This document shows, one piece after another, positions 20,983 to 31,605 of a DNA stretch of 64,000 bases; the first letter of the stretch is position 1, and each line of letters opens with the position of its first letter. The DNA comes from Diplonema japonicum. Its lineage: Eukaryota; Protista; Euglenozoa: Diplonemea. Below the pieces are notes generated by a model. That model searched no databases. It saw only the letters and a program-made list of their open reading frames with translations, and had not been told where the DNA came from. The stretch covers positions 248,001 to 312,000 of the forward strand of contig OZ025668.1 of the NCBI GenBank assembly GCA_964019335.1, given 5' to 3'. The position numbers and the translations under genes are program-made.

Positions 20983-22728
20983 TCACCCACTTCTCCTCAA
21001 TTCATCAATAAAGGAAGGGATACCAGCGGGTGAAACAGTTCTGTCAGATATTGACCGCACCTTGTCTGACACAACTCCACCAGGCGTCAAGCACACCACC
21101 AGGGGTCTGTTCGGCTTATTTCTCAGACTTCCGAGCGTTGCGATAACAGATGACGACGCCATCTGCGTGACTGAGATAAACAACAAATGAGCAGTGTGCA
21201 AGAGAGGAAGCGCATCAGCCATTGTAACACAGGCCTGCGCCATTATGCCTTTAGATCGACATCCAGACACAACATTCTTTTGTTCCGTAAAATTTTCAGT
21301 AAGCACCAAAGCGGTGTGAAATGAATGGTGCTCACGTTGCCTAGGACTCGACGGAAAACTCCCCGCTCGCTTGAGCAAAGGAGATGAAATGTATACGTAA
21401 CCAGAACCATGAACAGGAATAGGGGCTACGGGTGACGACACGGGGGAGTACATCACAGGTGTCGGCGAGGAACATTCCGTAGCACTGGCAAAGGTAGCAT
21501 CGCTTTTCGTGCTGTTGCTTCTTGCTTCTTTCAGTTCCTTCTCCAAACGGTCTACTTTCTTGCTTAACGCGTCGTTTGAGGAATCATTGGGAGACAGGCT
21601 GTGCGATCTGACCTCTTTGATCTCTTGTTGAAGCTCTTCAAGCTTTTTTGACAATTCTTCCTCAAACACAGATTTCCCTTTCCGAGGGGACTTCTGCGGG
21701 GTCTCCGAGAATATACTAACGTGCAACGGTGCGGCGAACTCCTTCACAATTCTTTGCAAGATCTTGTATGTTACTCCCGTCTCAAACGCAACACCGATTT
21801 TTTTTAAAATGGACTGGAAATATTCGTCGGTGTTTCTTGGAGGCGGCACGACCCCAGGAGGAAGGGGTGAACGGTACGCATTGAAAAGATCCTTGGCAGA
21901 TACCACACCCATGTCTTCGATGTCGATGGCGTTGAAAAATCGTTGTAAAGGTGCTGGTGATGATGTTGTTGTTGTTGTTGAGGAAGGTTCGATTTCTTCT
22001 ATGGAGTCCTGGCAGCTTGTCGATGTGAGGTCTTCTTCAGTTGGGCTGAACGAATCTTCTCTGGGGTTGTCTTTGAACAGCAAGCTCGCTCTTTTTTTCA
22101 CGTCGAAATGCAGCCTTGACATACTCCTTTCCCGTTCCTCTTCTGGGCTGAAGAACGGCGACGACGGTGCTTCCAATTCCTCGCTGAAATTCCGCACCTC
22201 CACTTTTTTCAAAACCGTTTTGTAACCCTTCGGCTTTTTAATGTCCAGAAGGGTTTTGATGTGGACCTCATTGGATTGTATTGTCCGAACAGATATCGGG
22301 ACCCTCGGCGGTTTTGCTGCTTTCAGGTTCACGATCACCTCGGTGAAGTCCCTGCTGTCCTTAGGCGATATTGGCTTCACAAGAATGTCATGGTGTGCAG
22401 GGATTTTAAGCCCCACCCAGAAATCGTTAGATTGTATAATCTCTTTAATATCATCCAATGGTATGCATTTGTTCAGCACCCCTTCCTTCGACGCCCTGTA
22501 CAGGCAGCTTGGAGTGATGACCATAAACACATCAACCGGGAGCAAAGAGTTTGTGACCTGTGTGCACCTCGCGCAGAAATATATGACCGGTGATCCAAAA
22601 TCTGATTCGAACAAAGTTCTCAATGACCTGTAAAGCTTTGGGTACGCGCTCTCTATGTCTAATATCGGAAGGCCTGGTTTATCATCGTAGCCAAGTACGC
22701 AAACCTTGCTGCTGTCAAATTCTTTCAT
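20983..22728 (-). CDS. hypothetical protein with N-terminal PH/TH1-like domain, EF-hand-like segment and coiled coil (581 aa)
   Basis: Long ORF; VFMVITPSCLY...IPLDDIKEI resembles PH-like folds; RFFNAIDIEDMGVVSAKDL is EF-hand-like. Confidence 0.7.
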   Translation of the reverse strand: MKEFDSSKVCVLGYDDKPGLPILDIESAYPKLYRSLRTLFESDFGSPVIYFCARCTQVTNSLLPVDVFMVITPSCLYRASKEGVLNKCIPLDDIKEIIQSNDFWVGLKIPAHHDILVKPISPKDSRDFTEVIVNLKAAKPPRVPISVRTIQSNEVHIKTLLDIKKPKGYKTVLKKVEVRNFSEELEAPSSPFFSPEEERERSMSRLHFDVKKRASLLFKDNPREDSFSPTEEDLTSTSCQDSIEEIEPSSTTTTTSSPAPLQRFFNAIDIEDMGVVSAKDLFNAYRSPLPPGVVPPPRNTDEYFQSILKKIGVAFETGVTYKILQRIVKEFAAPLHVSIFSETPQKSPRKGKSVFEEELSKKLEELQQEIKEVRSHSLSPNDSSNDALSKKVDRLEKELKEARSNSTKSDATFASATECSSPTPVMYSPVSSPVAPIPVHGSGYVYISSPLLKRAGSFPSSPRQREHHSFHTALVLTENFTEQKNVVSGCRSKGIMAQACVTMADALPLLHTAHLLFISVTQMASSSVIATLGSLRNKPNRPLVVCLTPGGVVSDKVRSISDRTVSPAGIPSFIDELRRSG

Positions 22729-23214
22729 TTTTCACCTTTTTGTGTTGTTGCGTGTTTTTGTTTAAAAGTGAAATGAAGAAAGAAAGGGCTACACTTCGCC
22801 GAAAAAGAAAAGAGGGGGAAGGGGGGGGGGGGGGGGGGAAGACACTCTTTTTGTGATGAAATTCATTAATATAAAGAAAGAAAGAAAGAAAGGAAGAAAG
22901 AAAAGAAAAAACCCCCTTTTTTTCTCTTCTATTACCGTGAAACAAGCGAACGTGCGAAGTGAAAAGCGCGGGCAGGGGAAGGAAGGGAAGTTAAAACCCA
23001 GTTGGGGAACAAAAAATAAAAATAAAAATCAGATCATTTACTGGGTTACAGTGCCGCTTTAAAAAAAAAAAGGCAAGGTTTTTTTTTTTTTTTTTTTTTT
23101 TTTTCTTTTTCCCTACAGAATATTCCTCTTCTTGCAGACGTTCGCGTTTGTTTGCATTCGTTTTCCTTTCAAATCCAAAAAAAAAAGAGGGAAAAAAAAG
23201 GGGGGGGGAAGAAC

Positions 23215-26200
23215 CTACTGGGTCCACTTGAGAGCAGCTTCAAGCACCTTCTTCTCGTCCGCAGGGAGGAAGCCAGTCTGGGCTTTCTCGGTGTTGCCGC
23301 CGCCCTTCCCGCAAGCAGTCTTGATCCATTCAACAGCAGACTTGCCCTGTTGTTGTTTTTTTATTTATTTATTTCTCCATACCGCAGCCTTAGGAATGAC
23401 TGTCAGAGCAAGGCCCTTGCCCTTGGAGGCGTCGACGGCAACGACGAAGAGCTCCGCCTCAGGGTACTCCTTCGACACACCAGTGCAGACCTCGTTAAGA
23501 GCATCTCTGTCGGCGCCCCAGTTGCTGGCGGACCTGATGACAACCTTCTCACCCTTTGCTTTGCACTCGCTTCCGAGCTTCTTCCCGAACTCCAGGGCCT
23601 CTGCCTTGATCTTCTGCACGAGAGTCTTCTTCTCAGCGTGAAGCGCCTTCACCTCCGTCTCAATGGTCTTCTGGATCTTCGCCTTGGCCACGATCGGCAG
23701 TGTCGCGTCACCAATCTTCTTGCTGTGCACCTGCAGCGCTTTGATCTTGTCATCGATCGACCCTGCCGTGTGAGGCACAGAGTAGATCTTGTCGTGCTGC
23801 TCAGTCAACGTCTTCATCAGTTCTACAGCCTGTTTTTTTTTTCTTCTTTTTTTTCCTTTTTTTTTCGTACCTTCTTTGCGGCATCTCTCGTCAGCACTGT
23901 CATACGCCTCACGCCCTTCATCAACGCCTCCTCGCCCACAATGCACGCGCTTTGGATTTTGTCCAGCTTCTCCAAGTGGGTTCCACCGCAGAACTCGATG
24001 GAGTACTTCTTCCACTCCTCGTTCTCAGGGTCGGCAAGCACCTCCTCAACAGGCTTCCCGATGGACACCACCCTCACAGGGTCCGGGTACTTCTCCCCGA
24101 ACATTGCCCTCAACCCCTTGATCTTCATGGCGGCATCCAAGGGCACCACCTTTGCGTACACGGGCCTCGCCTCATTGATGTGCTTGTTCAGAAGCTCCTC
24201 CGATGCGAGGATCTCCTCCTGCGACAGCTTCTCGTTCCACGAGAAATCGAAGCGCATGAACTCCGACTCCACGAAGGACCCCTTCTGGTTCACTTGCGTG
24301 TGGCTCTTCTTCTGGACCTCCAGCACGTCCCTCAGCACGAAGTTCAGCTGGTGGGTCACGGTGTGGTTGGACCCCACGTTCAGCCTCCTCTCGTAGTCAA
24401 CCTCCAGGGTCACCTCCGCACCCTTCTTCACAACACCAGACTCAACCTTCCCAATGTGACAGATGTAGCCGCCCATGCTCAGCACCTTGTTCACCTTCAC
24501 CACGAATGAGCCGTCCTTCGCCTTGATGTAACCCGTGTCCCAGATCTGACCACCGGACTCGTAGTAGAAGGAAGTCTCCTTCACAATGACACACATGTGC
24601 TCTTCAGATATGTCAACCTTCTTGTCTTTCTTGTCCTTCGGCTTCTCCGGGGTGTAGGTCTGCAGGCTGCTCACCAGCTCGTCAGCCGCCTTGTCTACAA
24701 GGCCCACCACGACGGAAGAAGAGCTCTCCCAGACATACTTCTTCTCGTCCAGGGTTGGCGCGACGCCCTCCTTCTGCAAAATGTCGATGTTGTTCACGCT
24801 GAGGAACTGCTTCAGCTTCATGTTCCCCCCGACAACCTTGGCTGCCTTCATGAGCTCGTCGAACTTGTTCACATCCACGAAGGGCTCCGTGCAGCCTGCC
24901 TTCTCTGCCATGATCATGGTCAAGTCACGCGGGAAGCCGTACCTATCGTGCAGAATGAACGTGTCATCACCGGAGATCAGGTTCTTCTTCGCCTTCTTCA
25001 TGTTCTGCAGCGCTTCGTTGAAGTGCTTCAGGCCCACCGTCCACGTCTTGTCGAAGGCGACCTCCTCGTCGTAGATGATGGCTGTCACGCGTTCAATGTT
25101 CGCGGGCACCGAGAGCTCCTTGAAGAACACGGACAGCTCCTCCACAACGTGCTTCACAAGCTTCGAGAAGAAGCCCAAAGGCGCCTTCAGGAACTCCTTC
25201 CCGTACCTCACTGCCCTGCGGATGATGCGCCTGAGGACGTACCCCCTCCCGTTGTTGTCGGGAACACCGCCGTCGGACAGTGCAATGGTGACAGTCCTGA
25301 TGTGGTCCGCAACAACACGGTAGGCAACAATGGCGTCCTCTGGGCACTGCGTCGTGTGGTACGCGTGCTCGTAGCCGGAGATGTCCTTGATAGCAGCGAA
25401 GAGCTTCCACCAAGCGTCGGTGTCGTAGTTGGAGTACACTTCCTGCAGCACAGAGGTGATCCTCTCCAGACCCATACCCGTGTCCACGTGCTTGTTGGGC
25501 AACTCCATCAGTCCCTTCTCCGTCCTCATGTGCGTCATAAACACCAGGTTCCACAGCTCCAGCACCATCGGGTCGTCCATGTTCACAAGAGACGCAGCGT
25601 TCCTCCCACCGATACGGTCGTAGTGGATCTCACTGCACGGACCGCACGGACCAATGTCACCCATCTCCCAGAAGTTGTCGGTCATGTTGCCAGGCAGGAT
25701 GTGGTCGTCCGGCAGGTACTTTTGCCAGAGCTTCTTCGACTCGTAGTCAGGCTCCAGACCGAGCTCCTTCTTGCCCTCGAAGTAAGTAGCGTACAGCCTG
25801 TCCGCAGGCAGACCGTACACCTTAGTGAGCAGGCCCCACGCCCAGTCGATGGCCTCTGCCTTGAAGTAGTCCCCGAAGGACCAGTTCCCAAGCATCTCAA
25901 AGAAGGTGTGGTGGTAGGTGTCCCTGCCGACGTCGTCAAGGTCGTTGTGCTTGCCACCCGCACGGATGCACTTCTGAGAGTTGCAGGCACCCTTCAGCTT
26001 TGAGAAGTCAGAGCCGGGCTTCACGGTGCCAAGGAAGATGGTCTTGAACTGGTTCATACCGGCGTTGGCGAAGAGAAGGGTCGGGTCGTCCAGAGGAACG
26101 GAGGGAGAGGAGGGTACGAAGGGCTGCTTCTTCTCCTTCATCATGTAGTCGACGAAGGTCTGCCTGACCTTGGCGGCGGGCCACTTGATCTCCCTCTTAG

Positions 26201-26516
26201 TAACGTTCTCGATGGCGGACCCATCAATGCACCCCTCACCGCCACCGTACGCCCTCACGGCGTTGCCGGCAGTGGGCTTCAAAGCAGGGGGGGCATCGCT
26301 CTTCTTCGCGTCCTTGGGCGCGGTAGCAACAGCGCCAGACGACATCGCCTTTCTCTCAGAACCATACAGCGAGGCCATCCTTGCAGCCCAGTTGAATGCC
26401 TTCATGTTATCCCCAAAAATCTCCTTCACGGCCTCAGCGTCCTGCACAGTAGGTGTAGCACCTTTTACGTACGCAGACTGACCAAGCTCTTTATTCAGCT
26501 CTTCAAGCTTTCCCAT
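23215..26516 (-). CDS. AARS1: alanyl-tRNA synthetase (2 introns: 23830-23870, 23347-23382)
   Basis: DDPTLLFANAGMNQFK, QKCIRAGGKHNDLDDVGRDTYHHTFFEMLGNWSFGDYFK, editing HTVTH and EFCGGTH, spliced C-terminal GKGGG of DHHA1. Confidence 0.97.
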
Positions 26517-26527
26517 ATTGATAGCGC

Positions 26528-26575
26528 CTGTAGCAAGGAGGTTAAAGGAGTGAAAATGAAGGGAAAGACGAGAAA
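26528..26575 (-). promoter_or_regulatory. putative trans-splice acceptor (polypyrimidine tract + CAG) 11 nt upstream of the AlaRS ATG
   Basis: Minus strand ttctcgtctttcccttcattttcactcctttaacctccttgctacag|gcgctatcaatATG. Confidence 0.55.
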
Positions 26576-26720
26576 TAGCCATATGTTTAAACATTGTGTA
26601 AATGTAGGGGGGGGGGGGGGATCCTTCAAATTACAGAAATAATCCCTTTTTTCAATAATTATGCCCAATTTGCTCAATTGGGACACCTTTTGTTAGCTCG
26701 TTTTTTCTTTTTATGTGATC

Positions 26721-28808
26721 TTAAGTTATTGACGGAAAGAGGCCTTGCCCGTAGTTTTGCTCAAGAGGTCGGATTGTCTTCGGTGTTGAAGTGACGGCAA
26801 GACTATCTTTGAAGAGGGGAGAGGACGGTGATTGTTCGAAGGGTGCTGCAGCCTCTTGCGCCACAGGTTCATCCTGCTGCCGTTGGTGAAGGGGTGCCAC
26901 AGTGCGAGCATCGACGCTGTGCGACATAAAGGGCGCAGCGAAGTCGACCACGACGGCACCAGACGCCTGCTGCTCGTCTTGCTCTTCGTCTGCTTCCCTG
27001 ATGTGTCCCACCTGCTGCCGCAGCTTTAAGGCAGATTTGCCTTCTTTTTTCTGTTTGCGCCCTCTCTCCTCGGCTGCTCTGCTCGTCATCGCTGTGATCT
27101 CCTCTTTCTCGTCGAGGATCTTGTTCTCTGCGCTGTACTGCATCTCCTCTCGCATGTTGAGCAGGTCGTCCCGTCTGTTCAGAAGGTCGCACTCGATGTC
27201 CATGTCCGGGACTTGAATAAGATGCGATGGCAGTTCCTCTTTTACTTTTCGGAAATACGTGCCTTTCACGAAATCGATCTTTTTTAGCAGGCTTTTTCGT
27301 GTTGCGTGCAGCTCCTCCGCTTTTTGCTGCTCGGCTCTCGTTGCCATCACGTGCCGCTTGGCCTCCGCGTTGAGGGTCTCCCTGCAGCACTCCGCCAGCA
27401 TCTCTTGCCGCGATGCCTCTGTTTCCACATTGCGGATCTTCATGTCAAGATGCCTGACGACCTTCATAACACGCGTGCAGTAGTCCACGTAGCAGATGTT
27501 GAGCTGTTGGAGCGTCTTCAGCTTCGTGTCCCGCAAGAGTTTCGTTGTTTGGTGGAAGTCGTGCTCATCGTAATCCTGCTCGTTCATGAGGAACCTCTGC
27601 AGGCTGTTGATGAGCCGCGTGCTCTCCTCTGCCATGTTCTGCGTGTTCTTCACGTAGTTCCCGTGTTTCGCAGCGAACCTCACGAACTCCTGGTAGTCAG
27701 CCACCCGCTGCGCTTCTGCTTCCACGATCTCGACGCTTGCCTGCACAGCCTCCATGCGCTGCGATGACAGATTCGTCAGCTTCTCTTCGACCTCCTTGAA
27801 CTTCTCGCTGAGCGATTCCAGATCGCCCATTAGTTCGTCCTGCGTTCTGTTCAGGAACTCCAGCTTCTCGTCAAACTGCTTCTTCCTCCTTCGGAAGTCC
27901 TTCCGCATCTCTTCGTGTTTATTCGCCTCGTGTGCGAGTCCTCGGTGCAACCGGCCCTCGTCTCTGATGCACTCTTTTTGACGTTCCATTTTCTGTTCTT
28001 TGAGGGTTTCAAGCTGTGCTGCAGCGAGTTTCCATTGCGACACATTGTTCCGGCGTTTGAGGGTGTTCTCTGCTTGGCTGGACTCCGTGGTTTGAAGTTT
28101 GAAGAGCAGCAGCTGCATGAGCGCCTCGCACACATCGATGTCCTCCTGTGTGTGTTGCATGAAGAGGTCGACTTCGCCGTCTTGCTCGGATTGCTTTGCC
28201 TTCCGTCGTATTTCTTCCTTTTTAGCTTCGTGGATGGAGCACGACCAGCCGATCTCTTGGAGGCTCTTGGTGAGATCGGAGACCTCGAGGAGGAGTTTCT
28301 CCTTTGCTTTGAGGGCTTCGGTTAGGCGGGCGATGTCGTTGGCCGACCAATCCAGTTTTTCAAACCGGGACACCAACTCATTGACAACCTCAGGCGCTGC
28401 TACAAGATCATCACTTGACGACACTAGCATTGCAAGATCACGAATGCGGGTGATGAGGGCTGACGCTTCCTTTGTCGCAGAAGTCTTGGGCTTTTCATAC
28501 CATTCGCAGCCTACTAGTGAACGCAGGTTTACCTCCACATTGAAGGCCTGTACTATTCGTACATCGTTCCAGACCCCGCGCATTTTTCCTGATACGCTCT
28601 CTTCTAGTCTGTTGACCCGGACCATGCACTCGTTTTTGCATTCTGCTCTTACGAACTTCTTTTCTTGTACCCAATGCACCATCTCCGGATGCAAGCTGCT
28701 GTCCAGAAGCAGTGCGAGCCTCCTCTCAGTGAAGAATAGATTTTCCTTCAGCTCTGCGAACGTTGGTCCCCCTTCATCCAGTACGTGCGCTGCTTGTTTA
28801 GTTTCCAT
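26721..28808 (-). CDS. paraflagellar-rod-like coiled-coil protein (695 aa)
   Basis: All-helical coiled coil; segments such as EAEAQRVADYQEFVRFAAKH and CCRETLNAEAKRH resemble the PFR family. Confidence 0.6.
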   Translation of the reverse strand: METKQAAHVLDEGGPTFAELKENLFFTERRLALLLDSSLHPEMVHWVQEKKFVRAECKNECMVRVNRLEESVSGKMRGVWNDVRIVQAFNVEVNLRSLVGCEWYEKPKTSATKEASALITRIRDLAMLVSSSDDLVAAPEVVNELVSRFEKLDWSANDIARLTEALKAKEKLLLEVSDLTKSLQEIGWSCSIHEAKKEEIRRKAKQSEQDGEVDLFMQHTQEDIDVCEALMQLLLFKLQTTESSQAENTLKRRNNVSQWKLAAAQLETLKEQKMERQKECIRDEGRLHRGLAHEANKHEEMRKDFRRRKKQFDEKLEFLNRTQDELMGDLESLSEKFKEVEEKLTNLSSQRMEAVQASVEIVEAEAQRVADYQEFVRFAAKHGNYVKNTQNMAEESTRLINSLQRFLMNEQDYDEHDFHQTTKLLRDTKLKTLQQLNICYVDYCTRVMKVVRHLDMKIRNVETEASRQEMLAECCRETLNAEAKRHVMATRAEQQKAEELHATRKSLLKKIDFVKGTYFRKVKEELPSHLIQVPDMDIECDLLNRRDDLLNMREEMQYSAENKILDEKEEITAMTSRAAEERGRKQKKEGKSALKLRQQVGHIREADEEQDEQQASGAVVVDFAAPFMSHSVDARTVAPLHQRQQDEPVAQEAAAPFEQSPSSPLFKDSLAVTSTPKTIRPLEQNYGQGLFPSIT

Positions 28809-29480
28809 GGTTGGTGTAATACGAATGAAAAAGAAAAAAAAACCTTTTTTTTACTTGGAAAAAGATTTCTTTTTTTATACGACACGCCGTAAACAGAATT
28901 CCGCCAAACTATCAAAAAAAACAGGGGGGAAAAAAAAAAGGTAAAAAGGATGAGGGAGGAGACTGTGTCTACTGTTCTTTTTCTTTTTTTTTTTCTTGTA
29001 TTCTTCTTCTTTTTTTTTTTCTCCCTCTATTTCTTTTTTTGAGAATTCTCTTTTCTTCTTCAAAGGAAACCTGTAAATCGAAAGAAAGAAAGGAAAAAAA
29101 AAGAGCAACTGGCTGTTGTTTTGTACGTGCCGGGTAGAAACCTGGAGAAGTTTGTAAAACCCGTTTAAACACGTTTACAACGTTCCCCTTTGTTTGGACA
29201 AGTCAAAGACTCGTTCCTGCAACAAAACAAAAAAAAGAATGGATGTGTGAATGGGGGAGTTGAGAAACAAAAAAAAGAATTTTATAAATTATAGTACCTA
29301 GGATTTGCGCTCTGGAAAAAAAAATAAAAATAGAACTATGTTGTCAACGCGCTTGAAGACGAAAAGGTTTAAAAAAAAAAAAAAAAAAAAAAAAAAGTGT
29401 GATGGTATTCTTTTTTTTTTCTCTTTTTCTTTTCTTCTTCTTTTTTTTTTTTTTTCTTCTTCAAACTCCCATACACTTTT

Positions 29481-30752
29481 TCAAAACTCCTCAACAGGTT
29501 CCTTTGAAGGCAGTAGATGCTCGATGGACTGAACCTGACTGAGGTTGCAATACACAGCCGCACCCACAAAGTTAAGCATAGAAGCGATCATGAAAACAGG
29601 ATGCCAATTGTTGCCATGTGAAATCAAATACGCAGTAAAAGGCCCAATAACAAGACCAGGTATCGTAGCGATCGTGTTGCCAAGACCGAAGGCCATCCCG
29701 GCATGCGTGGGGAGAATATCTGCATGATTCGAAAAAACACCAGCTGTAAGGCAACCATGCAGCACATATATCAAACTGACGAGAAGTATAGCAACCCATT
29801 GTTCCTTCGCATATGGGAGAAGAAGAAACCCGACCCCGGGACCAACAAGCCCAACAAAGCTCAACATTCTTCTTACGGTGAGCAAATCTACCCCTTTGCT
29901 GTGGTGTAGATAATCCGCAAAGGCACCATACAGTGGTGAAACCAACGCACATAAACCCAAAGGGAGCGCGACAATACCCAACCCTTCCTTCTCAACCCCA
30001 AGGACATTGTGAAGATACGTGGGCAGCCAATTCACAAGAAGCGTGTGCCCCCAATTATGCGAGAAATGAGCAGTAAGTATCGCCCATACAGGTTTAGCTC
30101 TGAGCATATACAAATATATTCCAATACTGTTCAGCGGTTTTGTATCGGGGTTTCCTTTCGTGTGGACAGAGGACATCATGAACAATGATACCCATAAAAA
30201 CCCAGCAAGGCCGAAGACGAGGAACATAACAGGCCAGGATAACGACGGGCAGATTAAAAGCGCGACCAGCTGCCCCGCATTGCCGCCCGCGATGAGAAGC
30301 GCAAAAGAACGAGACCTGCGTGACGATGAAACACTATGCGAGATCCAAGTGTATGTTGCCGGCCAGCAAAACCCCTCGCATATTCCCATACACACCCGAG
30401 CTGCAAGAAGAAACACCATCCCCTGCATAGCGAAAGAAGGTGTCAACAATGTTAACGTGCACCACCCCGTTAAGGCAATGACAAGTACTTTCCCAGGGCC
30501 GTATTTTTCAGACAAGGGTCCAGCAGCCACCTGTGTTAAGATGTACCCGTAAGCAAAACTTGACAGTATCCACCCTTGCATGTAGTGCCCCAAGCCTAGC
30601 TCCGCCGACATGGGTACTATCGCCACTGACATTACTATCCTGTCGGCTTGATTCACGCAGTTTGCAAAGGCCGATAGGATCACCACCATCCACTGTTCTC
30701 GGACGCTTAGCAGTTTCATGCTTAGCGTTTTCTTCATTGGTGCTTCGTCCAT
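29481..30752 (-). CDS. MFS anion:cation symporter (SLC17/PHT4-like)
   Basis: NQADRIVMSVAIVPM, ILSSFAYGYILTQV, ARVCMGICEG, NWLPTYL, GNTIATIPG; about 12 TM. Confidence 0.92.
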   Translation of the reverse strand: MDEAPMKKTLSMKLLSVREQWMVVILSAFANCVNQADRIVMSVAIVPMSAELGLGHYMQGWILSSFAYGYILTQVAAGPLSEKYGPGKVLVIALTGWCTLTLLTPSFAMQGMVFLLAARVCMGICEGFCWPATYTWISHSVSSSRRSRSFALLIAGGNAGQLVALLICPSLSWPVMFLVFGLAGFLWVSLFMMSSVHTKGNPDTKPLNSIGIYLYMLRAKPVWAILTAHFSHNWGHTLLVNWLPTYLHNVLGVEKEGLGIVALPLGLCALVSPLYGAFADYLHHSKGVDLLTVRRMLSFVGLVGPGVGFLLLPYAKEQWVAILLVSLIYVLHGCLTAGVFSNHADILPTHAGMAFGLGNTIATIPGLVIGPFTAYLISHGNNWHPVFMIASMLNFVGAAVYCNLSQVQSIEHLLPSKEPVEEF

Positions 30753-31605
30753 TTTTTTTTTTTATGAAGGGGAAAGCGCGCTCTCCCTCCCCCCCCCCCC
30801 CTCTTCCTTTTTTGTTGTATTATTGAGCATGGTTTGAAAACACATGGTCTTTTTTTTTCGTTTCATTTGTTGCACACCCCCCCAAGAAGATCTCTTTTTT
30901 TGTATTGGGAAGAAAAAAAAGGGGGGAGGAAACAAAAAAAAAAAAACGTTGGCCTTTCTTTTTTTTTTTTTTAATGAGCGGGGCTAAAAAGGGAGAGGTG
31001 ATAGGGCTTTGTTTATGATATATCGGGAAGAGAAAGGCCCCAACAACAAGGAACAAAAGCATTTTACAACGCTATTGTTCATTCTTAACTCTTTTTTTTT
31101 TCATCTCTTTCCTTTTATAATTCTGCAAAGAAAACTTAAAAAAAAAAACCTGCTAAAAATAATGGGAGACAGTGAGACATTGCGCATTTTGAGGGGAAAA
31201 AAAAGAAAAGTACGGTGTAAAAGGGGTATACGCCCCTCCCCCAATAAAGGAAGCTGCGGTCGCACCTTGCCATATTGTTTTTTTTTTCTTTTTTCTCAGG
31301 GGAGGGGAGAGGGAACCTTTCAGAAATAAAGGCAGAGGTATGAAACCCCCACCAGGCAAAGAGTTAACATCTTTCCATGCTAAAAAATAAAAAAGAAAGG
31401 GCAGGGTGAGGGAGGGGCAACGCTATTTCTTTCACTGTTCTTTGCATAGTAAACCACCAGGGAATTCACATATCAGGTAAGTGAGAAGGAGGGGGGAAAA
31501 AAAAAGGGGGGGGATAACACCATTTTTGTAAGAATTCCCTCCCCTCAAAAAAAAATTGGTTCCACGGGGTTTACGGGGAAAAAAAAAAAAAAAAAGAAAA
31601 AAAAA

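Noticed and set aside
23152-26003. Long plus-strand ORFs (also 8357-9392, 33724-34461, 34997-35803)
   Set aside because: Antisense shadows of GC3-rich or repetitive minus-strand genes; no recognisable motifs.
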